Assembly: GCA_951406725.2 (NCBI GenBank)
Contig: OX597826.1
Location: 61,690,001-61,754,000 of the forward strand
Origin: Octopus vulgaris
Taxonomy: Eukaryota
Reading direction: 5' to 3'
Length of the DNA stretch: 64,000 nt
The translations under genes were made by a program, and so were the position numbers. A model generated the notes under the pieces. The model was not told the DNA's origin, did not search any database, and saw nothing but the letters and a program-made list of their open reading frames with translations. Below are positions 42,080 through 55,157 of the stretch, piece after piece (within the stretch, counting starts at the first letter, position 1; each line of letters starts with the position of its first letter).

Positions 42080-42089
<10 letters not shown>
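41698..42089. mobile_element. Fold-back/MITE-like element with ~155-bp inverted arms
   Basis: 41698-~41853 is the reverse complement of ~41926-42089 (mirror ORFs in the track share HIMSYKYCCLWRHIFVVK). Ends in TA repeats. Confidence 0.85.
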
Positions 42090-42125
<36 letters not shown>

Positions 42126-42190
42126 TTTTTTGCATAATATGATAAAAAAAACCAAGGCTGTATAGATATTAGAGCATTTATAGATAGAAG

Positions 42191-42242
42191 GTCTTACAGT
42201 TATTTCTAAGACATTAATTAATAATATCCCTTCATCGGAGAC
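42191..42242 (-). ncRNA. Hammerhead-like motif with a core mutation
   Basis: Minus strand: gtct CCGATGA a gggatatt-attaatt-aatgtctt a GAAA taactg TA agac. 4-bp stem I, 8-bp stem II, U>C change in CUGA. Confidence 0.55.
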
Positions 42243-42368
42243 GATGTGGGAGGAAAAATTAAGTCATAGTTAGTTTCGGTCTGCGGTCTGTCTATAGCAC
42301 TTATTCAGCATTACCTGACATTTTTTTGGTCTCAATGACACCATTATCTCTTATATATCTCTATCTCG

Positions 42369-42531
<163 letters not shown>

Positions 42532-42537
42532 CATAGG

Positions 42538-42571
<34 letters not shown>

Positions 42572-42642
42572 CATGCATACATACATAGAAACATACATAC
42601 ATACATACACACATACACACACATACATACATACATATATAC

Positions 42643-42674
<32 letters not shown>

Positions 42675-43102
42675 TAGGATAATCCTCTACCATATACAGC
42701 GAGGATGACACTCCAAAGACTGGAACAGTTTGAAAGCGAAACGATGCCCCATACATACATACATACATGCATACATACATACATACATACATGCATACAT
42801 ACATACATGCATACATACATGCATACATACATAAATAGAGAAATATATTCTACGTCTAAGTTATACCGACTTCTATATTGAAATATCTTCTTGATCGTTT
42901 ATCAGGATGATCATTCAAAACCACGCCCACAAACAAGCACTCATATATTATACATCTTATCGTATTGTTACTTATTATCTCAAACCGGAGGGAATGACAT
43001 TGAAGGAGGGAGAGAAAGTGAAAGAATCACAGAAGAGGCAGTTATAGAGATAACGAGAAGGATCTGGAATAAAACATTTATAGACTCATAAGTATGTATG
43101 TA

Positions 43103-43146
<44 letters not shown>

Positions 43147-43277
43147 TATATATATATTATATCTGTGTGTGTTTGTGTCTGTATATGTGTGTGAGTATAT
43201 ATATATGTATACATATATATATATATACATACACATACATACATACATAAATACATATATACATACATACAGGTATG

Positions 43278-43309
<32 letters not shown>

Positions 43310-43382
43310 GTTGTCTGTATATGTGTGTGAGTATATATATGTATATATATATATACACATACATACATACATAAATACATAT

Positions 43383-43453
<71 letters not shown>

Positions 43454-43796
43454 CATACATATGAAGAGAAAGAGAGCGGTAGTGGAATTTAGAGAATAGC
43501 AGATAATATCTAATAATGTAAGTTTTATGTTGCTTTGCTCATAGTTTTCCCGCCAAAAGGCTATCAGACAAAATGGTGACCGATATACAATTTAACTGTA
43601 GATAAGGAGGTACAAATAGAATAATTTGCTATTTATCTACGTGTTTCACGAAATAGCCTTGTTTATGGTCAATATAAACACCTACTCTGTTATTATTATT
43701 GATATCTTTATTATTATCACTATTGTTAATGTAGTTCATTTTGATACTGTTGTTACTTTTGATATTATTATGGCTTCAACTGTGAAATATAATGTA

Positions 43797-43893
<97 letters not shown>

Positions 43894-43917
43894 CCTATCT
43901 GCCTGTCTGTCTATCTG

Positions 43918-43980
<63 letters not shown>

Positions 43981-44578
43981 CCCTAATGTATTTGAGTGTG
44001 TGCGTGTATGTTTGCATATGTATATAATCTATCGGTCATTTTATTAATCTTACAGCAAATCAGTCCATCTATGTAAAATATACATTCATCCATTTCAATT
44101 TACGCAATACATGTATATACATATATATTCTTGTATGACTTAATGCAGTTGTGAATGTTGTTTGTGTATGTATGTATATATGGCTATATAAAAACTACCT
44201 GCTGGTCAATATATCTGAACATCTAATCATCCAATCTTTGAATCAATAACTCAATATATCAGCTTATTTAACAACTATTTATATAAGTAATTAGTAATGT
44301 TGTATGCCAGCAAACTAACAGGATAGTGTGGTTAAACAGCTTACTTTCGTAAACTTAGTTTTGGGGTTCGGTATCTTTGCGTGGCAGGTTTGGAAAGGTC
44401 TTCTACTATAACCTCAAGTTCAAAGATATCCTTGATTTTCCCGAGACTATAGTATTATAATATATATATATAATCTTTTCTATACTTGGAAACCAATAGC
44501 CGTCGTTGCTTTGTCAAACACAAAAGTGTTGCTTAATTTAGCATAAATCAGCTCATTTATATATATATTATATATATA

Positions 44579-44955
44579 CACTTGCGTCAGAAATTAATTA
44601 GCACTTCTCAAATTTCTACATTAAATAGGTTAAATCAATTAACCTATGAGCTGTTCAAAACGTCTTACGCGATGAGAAAACTTAGTATGGTGTGATTTCG
44701 GTCCTTGCGAGGCGCTACCTATATCTATTAAACAAAGGAAGATTTGTCTGCATCCGCACTCCAAGTTGTTGCACTGCTATGTCAACATCATAAGGCTGTA
44801 GACTCTCAAACTGCTCTGCAAACAAAGTTACGTCATCGTTCTGCGCAACAGTGAACTCTCAACAAAGCAATAGTTCGAGATATGGCCACTAGGTGACAGC
44901 ACATACCTTGAGTGAAGAGCAAATCAAGGGTGCTAATTAATTTCTGACGGTAGTG
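44579..44955. mobile_element. Tc1/mariner-type MITE
   Basis: TIRs cactNNcgtcagaaattaattagcac with TA on both sides. Confidence 0.85.
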
Positions 44956-45483
44956 TATATAATCCAGTAATGGGAAGTTTCTTTCAAAGGAAACCCGTCC
45001 AGATTCGATACATTGTTATATTTACATGCTCAATTCTGCTTCATTTAGGCATGCTTAAAGAAAAAAAATCATGCGAATTCTTTTGCCCTCCCTGTCCTAC
45101 GCTTCTATAACTATAATTTCTCTCCAGGCTATCTGTAAACTCAATGCCTGTACAATGTTGAGAATTTTCTCTGTTTTACATTGTGTGTGTCATTATGTTT
45201 ACGCGCGTAGGTTCAATGTGCGCGGGACGTAGTCTTTTAATGTACGGATTTCAGTAAGTATCAGAACAGGATGCTTGAGTGAGTGTCAATTATTTTCCCG
45301 AAATTGGCCGGATAAAGCATCTGTGTTGTCTTTGACTGCGTAACGGTCTAAAATGCCATGGCCATATTACGCAAATAAATGTGTTCTCTTTGTTACATAA
45401 TTTCAAAATGATTCGGCTCAACCAAGAAGTTTTTATTGCATGACCAACCTCAGAAGTCACTGCAAGCCACTGATATATATATA

Positions 45484-46018
45484 CAGGGTGTCCCCAAAAA
45501 ATGTATACACTTGCTACAACAGTCTGTCATGCCAAGCATTAGAGAGGACTTTGAACAGGAAGAGTTTTATTTCCAGCAAGATGGGGCACCTCCACACTAC
45601 CATCGCGATATTAGATCCTTTCTTGATGGGATCTTGCGAAACAGGTGGATTGGACGGAGAGGTTTTGTCGAATACCCTCCACATTCACCAGACCTCACAC
45701 CACTAGACTTCTTTTTATGGGGATACCTAAAGGACAAAGTCTACGCACAGAAACCTGCAACAGTCGTTCAATTGAGAGCAACCATTGAACATGAATGTAC
45801 GAATATCCCAATGGAATTGTTCCATGATGTGTGCCATTCCATCGCTTCGCGTTGTCAGCAGTGTCTGGAGCAGAATGGACATCAGTTTGAGAACATGCGA
45901 TAACAAGACAATAGAATGATATTTGTAAATTCTTTTACATGTTGAAAATTATTCGAATTATAATAAACCCCAAATTTACAATTATTTAAGGTGTGTATAC
46001 ATTTTTTGGGACACCCTG
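45484..46018 (+). mobile_element. Internally deleted Tc1/mariner-superfamily element, DD41D type, retaining the transposase C-terminus
   Basis: TIRs cagggtgtccc(c)aaaaaatgtatacac, TA TSD. QQDGAPPH...SPDLTPLDFFLWG with 41 residues counted between the last two catalytic Asp. Confidence 0.9.
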
Positions 46019-46337
46019 TATATATAAAATGTATGTAGGTATAAATTAGTTGATTTCTGCTAAATTAAGCCACACTTTGTGGTTGACAAACCAACGACGG
46101 CTATTGGTTTTCAAGTATAGGAAAGATTTACATATTTTCACAGTTTTGTAGATGTAACGACCATAGTAGTTTGTGATTTACATTTTTAAAAATAACCAGG
46201 TTTACGTATTGCTGATTTGGTATATATTAACATAGCCACGTTCGCCACGTGTACAAATGTGAATTTATACATTCAAGTAGTGTATATGACTAAGTAGAGA
46301 CGCTGCAGGTTCTAGGCAGTTTTTCATTGATTATGAT

Positions 46338-48016
46338 AAACCTGTTCACATTCGCTGGACAACTAGTTTATAAATATCTCAAAATATCATTTTTTTTCTT
46401 TTTAGATCTACAATAACTACACCAGGCCACTTAAATATGCATTTAGCCTAAGTCTTTTTAAAACATAGATGTCAGTGACGTTTATTTAAACTTCAACATT
46501 TTGCATGGGTATTTAGCTATTATGTTGAATCCTGGAACGAAAGGAAGCTGCATAATGGGAAACCGCGTTACGACTTCCTTACACATCTTTTGAAATCTTA
46601 AATTGATCGTATAGATCATAAAATTTTACGACGATAAAATTTCTTGATTTTATCTGACTCTCTTGCAATGAAAGTGATGTCACGTTATTCATTTAAAGCC
46701 TTAAATCAAATTTATGTATGATATTCATGAAAAAAGGTTGCTTACTTACAAACATATTTCCCCTCTCCCATGAATATCATAACACTGGTATGGTTTGTGC
46801 AGAGCCAGTCGAATTCTCACGTTCTTCAAACATGTATTGGTCTGGTGCAGCAAATGCCACGATACCAGTGGTAGTTATTATGATGCAGGGTTTCTGTGAA
46901 ATTACTTCCTCTGAGAGCTGAATGTTGTTTAGCAAAACAAACACAAGCATCAACACTGTCACACTTTCATAGACAATACGACAAAACATTGAACTAAGAA
47001 TTATGTATAGCTGTATTTTGCTGAACCTTCATTCAACGGAGCGACGATGTATATTTTACTGTATATTTTCGTTTGGGTTAGAATAACTTTGTGGTTAATA
47101 TCTTTTTTGCTTTTGTAGGAAACGTCAGTCAAATCCCTTGGTGGTATTTGCCTATCCTATAAATTTTTATCACGAGACTAGATGAAATAGATTTTTCAGA
47201 TAACAAAGTTTTTCATTCAGCGATTTCAACTCTTATTTTGAAGCTAATTTTTCAAGAATTTCGAGTATAAAATTACTAATTATAGTATATTTATTGGTAA
47301 GATAGAGCTTGTGTCTTGTGAATGTATTATGAAATTTACTATTGTGATGATATCACAATATACGTTGATGCAGTGAAGTTTATTGATGTTTTCTTCTAGA
47401 TTCATTATCATCTATACTTCTTACATTGAGTTATTTCATTATTATGTGCTCTACAGGTATCTCTTATGTTTTCTGTCAGACTGATAGCAGAAGTATACAA
47501 GCAATTATTGATTGTCCTGTACGTGTTATCACATATTTATATACGATCTCTAGTTTTATCGTCAAATACCATTTAGCAGAGGCTAAAGTTATTTTTTCTA
47601 TCTTCGTCAAAAGGGATCTGTTGTTCAACGATAGCAAAGGAAAAGTGAAAAATATGCTTCCATACCAAGCATTTAATTTGTTTTTAACCTTTATATGTTC
47701 TTCAGTCATCTCTGCCGTATCATTTTCACATAGAAATGCATGAGATCTGAAAGATGATGGAAGCAGTTTGTTTCCGTTTTTATCACGTTATCTTCTATGA
47801 CAAAGTTTGACTGTTTTATTTCCTTCTATGTTGTCATATAATCGACCAATATAAAAACAGCTACAATAATAATTGCAACTTGTGGCACATTTCTCAGGCA
47901 ACGAAAATTCCTGCTGTCGACGTTTCGATGGTTAAGACTGGGTAAACAAAGTCTCAGTAACTGACAAGACATCCCCTTAGTTTTCATAGTAACCAATAGC
48001 AACCTGAGTTATATAA

Positions 48017-48081
<65 letters not shown>

Positions 48082-48536
48082 AACAGTTAAACGGATAAGA
48101 GTACTTACACTATCGTGGATAGCTAGTATATTCGATTATATTTATAGTGACAGTATTAGTATTGCATATTCGATTATATTTCTAGTGACGGTATTAGTAT
48201 TAGTATTGTTATTAATGTCAGCCATGACAGTCTAAAGCAAAATCCCACATGATGTAAATAACCGTTTTTGTAATCCAATCTGTATAATGCTAAGTTACGC
48301 AAAACTGTTCACATTGGCTGGACAACTAGCTTATAAATATCTCAAAATAGCTTTTTTTTTCCTTTTTAGATATAAAATACTACACCAGGCCGCTTAAATA
48401 TGCATCTTAAAACATAAATGTCAGTGACATTTATTTAAACTTCAGCATTTTTGCATGAGTATTTAGCTATTATGTTGAATTCTGGAACGAAAGGAAGCTG
48501 CAAAATGGGAAACCGCGTTTCGACTTCCTTACACAT
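46338..48536. repeat. Pair of ~240-bp direct repeats (46338-46586 / 48301-48536) bracketing 1.7 kb
   Basis: Both run ctgttcacatt.gctggacaactag...gggaaaccgcgtt.cgacttccttacacat. Confidence 0.9.
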
Positions 48537-48666
48537 TTTATATTCTTTATAACAGCAAAATATCCAGATGAGTATCTAGGAAGAGTTAGTTCACTATACT
48601 AATGAGTAAAGCTATCAAACGTATTAAGGAGTCCGCTAGTTTTGCTCTGGTATGGTAGATGGGTGC

Positions 48667-48736
<70 letters not shown>

Positions 48737-48738
48737 AA

Positions 48739-48826
<88 letters not shown>

Positions 48827-49889
48827 CTTCTTCAGAAAACGAAAGAATATATACTTACATTTTTTCTTCTTAGTTTTTTTGCTTTGTTTGCCTATTCTGA
48901 CACAAGCCCTTATTTCCTTTTCCGAGTAAGGGATATCATGTTTTACTGACCACATCGATCTAAAATGTATAAACAACCATACACACATACACACATTTGT
49001 ACACTCACACATGCATACACATACATTCCTATGTATGCACTTGCATACATGTATATAAATATGTATGCTTATGTATAAGTATATATATATATGTACAAAT
49101 ACACACACAATACACTCGCATGCATTGTGGGTGATATTTTCAATCGAGACGTTATAATCGTATCTGATTCTTTAACTGCTTCAGTCCGGCGTGTGTAAAT
49201 ATATTTACTAGATTACTGACACTTATTAATGGTTTTCCACATTGTATTGATGTGTCATTTTTAATCATTAATAAAACTGTCAGCATTCTTGATGACACGG
49301 GAATGCTAGTTACACGATAATCTTTGATAAAAGTGAAGAGATGTTCACCTTAAGAACATTATAATTCAGTAAATTGTCAGTTAACGACTCGATTAAGGAC
49401 CACAAAAGATCTGACGATGGCGATTTACGAATATGGTTACGGCGGTGAAGGCATTGTAGTGTTGTCCTTTTAAAAAAACATGTAATAATGTAGATAATGA
49501 TGAATCATGGAAAAGAAGAGGAGGAAAATGGTGATGAGGATGATGATGATGATGTGGATGATTGAGGATCATAATGACAATAATGATGATGGTGGTGGTG
49601 ATGTTGATGATGACGATGATGACGATCATGGTGGTAACGAAGACGACGCTGCCGCAGACGACAGCAATGACGAAGTTGATGACGGTTAAGGTGATCATCT
49701 GAAGCTGTGAAAGGGATGTTCATTGTTAATCATAAAAAAAAAATGGGTGACAATGATCACAATAATGGCGACGATCCTTATAATAATGGCGACGGTGTTG
49801 GTTATGGGACGATGATGTATATGATCATAGCGACGATGAAAATGATGATGACGGCGACGATAACGACGAAGTAGAAACGTCTTTCTTAC

Positions 49890-50225
49890 CTTCGGTAAAA
49901 ACATGAGGCAGAGAGTTCCTGTAGTGGAAAGGAAAATGAACGTTGATTGGATGGCATAAGATAAGGTTGGTCGATCTGAGAGTATTTTTGAGAGTACGAC
50001 TACTATTGTACTCATGATAACTACGTTATAGACGTTCATCCCAATGTAACGGGAATCGTTCAGGGCAGGTATTTTCACGTTACGGGTCTCCCAAGCCATA
50101 TACACTCCAAAGATGAGAAGAAGACCTTTGTAGGCATACATGACACCCATCCATTTTTCTAGATGGTTCGATTGACATCTGGATAACTGCGAAATATACA
50201 CCACATCTTCATCGTCGGTTGAGAG
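49890..50225 (-). CDS. GABA-B-R3: GABA-B receptor-like exon: ECL2 and TM5-TM7 (...YAYKGLLLIFGVYMAWETRNVKIPALNDSRYIGMNVYNVV...LMFLPK)
   Basis: 336 bp, phase 0/0, acceptor ttacttgcag, donor gtaaga. YKGLLLxFG, AWETR, LNDSxxIG and FxPK are hallmark GABA-B 7TM motifs. Confidence 0.96.
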
Positions 50226-50894
50226 CTGCAAGTAATAAACAATAACAAATAAGGACGTGTACGAACGCATGCAAGCATGCATATGTGTACGTGTATGTGT
50301 GTGTATGTACGTACATGTCTGTATGTATATGTGTGATTGTATGTCAATATATGTTCATATGTATGTATGTATAAATATATGCTGAAAAGTCGAAATCTGT
50401 GAGTCAATATAGACGTATAATAATACAGACAGTTGACTATAATTATTTAATATTACTGAATCTTGAAACCGTTATTCACAAATTTCTGCGGCAGTTAAAG
50501 GAAAGTAAACAATTATGTCTATATTGTTACACCATAGCAGCCGTTTGACAAAACGCTCTTACAGGATGAAACCACCTCCTATCGTCTTATGGCAGAAAAT
50601 ACCGCCTATCGACTTATGAAGAACGATTACCATAAACCAAAAAAAATAAATAAATAAAATAAAAAAACATAATAAAAGGGCTCTACATAGCCTAGTAAGG
50701 TGCCAGATGTAGTAATCACATTTCCTTCAAATCAAATACTAATGACTTAGAAAAGGAAGAAAAGAAAATCTGTATCGTGCATGTCTGAAACAAATGATGG
50801 AATTGTCTTTAATAAAATGCATTCAATCATAGAGCGACTGGATAAATGTTGACCCGAAACTTTAGCCCAGAAGTAAGCCGTTGCAGCAGTAGCT

Positions 50895-50990
50895 AATAGA
50901 ATTGTTTGTTTTTAGATTCCACATTCGAGTTACCTCTATTTCCAGGTCTTTGTATTTTGAAAATTTCTCCATTTCTTTTAGAGAAACGTT
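50895..50990 (-). mobile_element. Small fragment of the same Dong-like LINE
   Basis: VSLKEMEKFSKYKDLEIEVTRMWNLKT, joined to (AAT/AAC)n. Confidence 0.75.
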
Positions 50991-51000
50991 GTTGTTGTTG

Positions 51001-51089
<89 letters not shown>

Positions 51090-51090
<1 letters not shown>

Positions 51091-52712
51091 GGTAGTCTTA
51101 TTTTTATCACATGTTTTCACTGCACTACCGAGCGCAGCTCTGTGTGCCTTGGGTATGTGCTGTGATTTGTTGTGTGCATTGAAAGTGTTTAATGTAGGAT
51201 GTGTTCAATGCCTAGCAGTGCTATTATCTGTATGTTATATATACTTGTAAGTCCTGGTACTTTTGTTATGTATTTGTTTGAATATTTTTTTTATCATACC
51301 TAATGCGCCTAATATGATAGGAATTGTTTCTGATATTAGGCTCCACATTCGAGGTACCTCTATTTCCAGATCTTTGTTCTTTGAAAGTTTCTCCGTTTCT
51401 TTTAGAGAATCATCTGTTGATAATTCATACATCGATTAGAAATAATTATTTTTCTTGGTATCTCCGACATCTATATCCGGCCTATTAATCTTGATTTCTT
51501 TGTCCGTGTGCATTGGTATATCCCAGAGTATGTTTGCATTCTCGTTCTCTGTGACCTTTTCCGGGGTGTATTTATACCATCTTTTTCTGTTGTTATTCCA
51601 TAGTGTTGGCATAGATTCCAGTGTATATAGGTCCTAACTCCGTCGTGTTTGTGAATATATTCCTTCTTAGCCAGGACTGGGAAGCCAGGGACAATATGAT
51701 GTATTGTTTCTCGTCCATCACCACATATTCCGCAGTTGCTTGTACTTCATTTCATTATGTGTTTTTGGTTATTTCTGGTGGGAGGGCTTTGATCTTGTGC
51801 TGAAATTAAAAATCCTTCAGTCTCTGCATTGAGTCCTGAGCTTGTCAAATATTGTTTGGATTTTCTGTCTATTCCTTTTCTGGATAACTTAACTCAGTAT
51901 TTACCATGAAGTGGCTTTTCTTGCCATCGTTGCTGTTCCAGTTTTAATTTGGATTTCAGTTGTTTTACAGCTTTTGTTGTTTCTTCTCTTTCTTCATAGT
52001 TTTTATGTACTACGATTTCTTTTTTGTATTTGCCAGCTTCCTTAAAGACAGAAAACAGTTTTTTTTGTCCGTGTTTTGTGTTTATTTGTATCAGTTTTCC
52101 TTGTTTCTGAAGTAGGTATTTCTGTAATCTTGTGGCGGTTATTTTGTAATAGTTTTCTAGCTGCATCAGGCTTCTACTACCGTTCCATACGCTGTATATA
52201 TAACCTTTCGATGTCAGATTTTGGGTGGTGCATCCTAAAACCTGTCATTATTTTTCTTATTTTCCTGTCTATTTTAATAAGTTCCTTCAGAGTCCAGTTA
52301 AGAATATTGTAGTAGTAACTAATAACTGAGACAGCCAGACTGTTGATACATATCTTGTATTGCTCATTGACCTTTGTTTTCGGTATTAATCTAACTCGTC
52401 TGTAGTATTCCTTTCTTATCTTCTCTTTCATTTGTGTGAGTTGCATCATATCTAGTTCATTGATTCCTAAGTATTTGTATGTCTGGCTTTGGTCTAATTC
52501 TCTCGTGGTTTAATTATTCCTAATTAGTTTTCAAAGCTGCTTTGGCATATTTTTCTAAGCCAAATTTCATGCTCATTTCTTTGGTAAATCCACGTACCCT
52601 CTGTAGTAATGTTTCCAGCTGTTTATCATTTGCAGCATACAGTTTTATATCATCCATATACAAGAGATGGTTGATTGTTGTATCCACATCCAGTTCTGTT
52701 TAGCATGACAGA
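51090..52712 (-). mobile_element. 5'-truncated R4/Dong-like RLE LINE inserted in (TAA)n
   Basis: NHLLYMDDIKLYA RT motif, HHPKSDIERLY, WQEKPLHGKY, NRPDI, KDLEIEV. (TAA)n at both ends. Confidence 0.9.
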
Positions 52713-52714
52713 TA

Positions 52715-52803
<89 letters not shown>

Positions 52804-53022
52804 TTCCATTATTATTGTTATTATTATTTCCATTAAGTCGATGAGCTGCCAGAACTAGATGCAGCGCTAATTTCAAATTTAGCTTTGTTTTTCACCCTTT
52901 CGGAGTCAATTAAATATGTAACCGTCAAGTACTGGGGGGGGGGGGTATAATCGACTATTTTGTCACCCTAAATATTTCGGTCTTTTGTCTATAATAGAGA
53001 ATCATCGTTGTCGTCATCGTCG

Positions 53023-53086
<64 letters not shown>

Positions 53087-53277
53087 TATCATTATTATTA
53101 TTGTTGTTGTTGTTGAACTTCGTTCTTGAAGAGTTTTGAGGAAGGGGTAGTGTACATGAGTTTTGTAGGCTGTGCCAGATCAATGAGTTTGGGGTCATTA
53201 ATTTTCCGTTTTACCATTTGCAAATCAATGCAACAAGACTGGTGAGACGTGGTAGCGAAGAATAATTCGGGGGTGTC

Positions 53278-53319
<42 letters not shown>

Positions 53320-54130
53320 TGTTTTTGGTGTTTAGCCACAGTTGCTATGTATCAAATACAATCTGTTATCATGACTGATTTTGGCTAAGTGTACTTTAAC
53401 GAGTGTTTTCTTCTTTTTGAAAATAGCTAGGTATAATTTGAGACAAAAATTCGTTTGCTATTTAATGCAAGTCAAACAACTATCTACATACCTGTCTTCT
53501 TGTCATTGATGTTGTAATTGTTTTGTTTTTGAGATGTTTTATTCTTGATATGAGGTAAGTTGAGCTGGCGATAAAAAAAAAAACAATATCCATCACCATC
53601 CCGTGCAAGTACGTATAACCTGATAGCATGTACCACACTTTCGCGAAGAAATTTTATTGCGTAAATATTCTCAAGCAGACTCAGGTACCATATCGGCACT
53701 CTTATCTTTGACTCGGTGGAAGATCGAGGGCATAAACAGTTCAAAGGAAAGAGGGATGCACCAGGACTTTTATGGTAAGCATTTTCAGCTGAATCGACTG
53801 AAGTAACATATTCAAATGCCCTATTCACCGACGGATCAAAATCAACACTATGGTAATGAACCGACCTCTCCAAATACTGCGACATGTTTTAGTACTATTA
53901 TAATGAAGGCAGTCGGTAACTGATATTTCCAAAAAGCTGGCGAACCTTGTGGATATTCCCGTGTGATCAACGGGTACTGGCACATGAAGAAGATACAAAA
54001 AAGTAAAGCTGTTCTATATGCCTACGGGCATATAATATAATGGTTAAGAGCGCGGGCTTACTAACCACAAGATTGCGAGTTCAATTCCAGGCAGTCCCTT
54101 GAATAAATAATAATAATAATAATAATAATA

Positions 54131-54197
<67 letters not shown>

Positions 54198-54269
54198 TGT
54201 TGATGATGATGATGATGGTAATAATGATAATAAAAACTGGTGGGAATACAAACCACTTCTAGTGCTTGT

Positions 54270-54852
54270 AAGCGATCATATCTCACTCCTCTGGGACTTC
54301 ACCATTCAAACTCATAGAAAGATATATGCAAATAGGCCAGATATCATATTGAAAGACTTCAGACAAAAATCATGCCTCCTCATTGATATGGCTGTCCCAA
54401 TCGATATAAGCGTATCTATCAAGACCTACCAAAAACTGAGCAAGTATAAAGATCTTGAAATAGAAATGAGCAAAATGTAGAACCTGAAGATTAAAACAAT
54501 ACTTGTTGTCATAGGTACCCTGAGAATGATAGGGAAGGGGCTGATTACTACCTAGCTCAGATACTAGGAAACCCCCAAAATGGCAGAAATTCAAAAGATT
54601 GTGCTCATGGGAACTGTCCATATTCTACGAAAGATATTATGTAATCTCAAATTTTAAAACAGAGTCATAATTTTCTTATGGTTTTTTAAACATTTTCTAG
54701 AACAAAACTATGTACAAAATCAAATATATGGCACCCTAGGCATAGCACCAACATGAACTTCTAACTTGTTGTCCCTTGAGGTCGCTGGGTGAGACTTGGA
54801 GCCAACTTGTACAAATACAAAGCAAAAGTCAAACATAAAATAATAATAATAA
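54270..54852 (+). mobile_element. R4/Dong-like RLE LINE 3' fragment
   Basis: LLWDFTIQT...NRPDIILKD...LIDMAVP...KLSKYKDLEIE. The 3' UTR ends in taataataataa; (TAA/TGA)n lies upstream. Confidence 0.88.
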
Positions 54853-54910
54853 CATGAACAAAAAATACCTTAGGAATGAGAATCTAGGGTTTGCTTCGAA
54901 ATTCTACCAG

Positions 54911-54956
54911 GTCACCTGAAGGAGGCTGGAGAGTAAATCAGTCGAAATGTTGTGGT
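54911..54956 (+). ncRNA. Degenerate minimal hammerhead-like motif
   Basis: gtcac CTGAAGG a ggctgg-agagtaaa-tcagtc GAAA tg TT gtggt. Stems I and II pair with wobbles. Confidence 0.45.
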
Positions 54957-55034
54957 AACAACAAACAAGATGAGGGCAAGTATCCGTCCAATATAAGTAA
55001 TGTAAAAAGAGTGAAGGTTTAAAAGTGTACTTAC

Positions 55035-55157
55035 CTGTGAGGATAAATTTGTTTTCACTTGGTGCATGGGATCCACGACAATCCATACAGAAATTAAGGA
55101 GATATCAAGCACTAGCAGAGCACCAATTATAAATAGGAGTTGTTTGTCTCGTAGTAG
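55035..55157 (-). CDS. GABA-B-R3: GABA-B receptor-like exon: TM4 (LLRDKQLLFIIGALLVLDISLISVWIVVDPMHQVKTNLSSQ)
   Basis: 123 bp, phase 0/0, acceptor tctcttcgcag, donor gtaagt. WxxxDP TM4 motif. In frame with neighbouring exons. Confidence 0.93.

Larger units (their letters stand above)
44471..46130. mobile_element. ~90-bp inverted repeat pair (44471-44560 / 46041-46130) enclosing nested DNA transposons
   Basis: Arms are reverse complements with scattered substitutions (ggaaaccaatagccgtcgttg / caacgacggctattggttttc). Confidence 0.75.

Noticed and set aside
49695-49889. His/Arg-rich extension after FLPK as the true C-terminus
   Set aside because: A canonical gtaaga donor follows FLPK, and the extension is (GAT/GAC)n low-complexity sequence. 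A read-through isoform cannot be excluded but is unsupported.
53484-53885. 133-aa minus-strand ORF as an extra exon
   Set aside because: The flanking exons already join in frame with normal TM4-ECL2 spacing, and the ORF has no recognisable motif.
54027-54105. tRNA-like sequence (tggttaagagcgcggg...gagttcaattcc)
   Set aside because: A and B boxes are present but there is no convincing acceptor stem. More likely a SINE head; the same applies to the other SINE heads.
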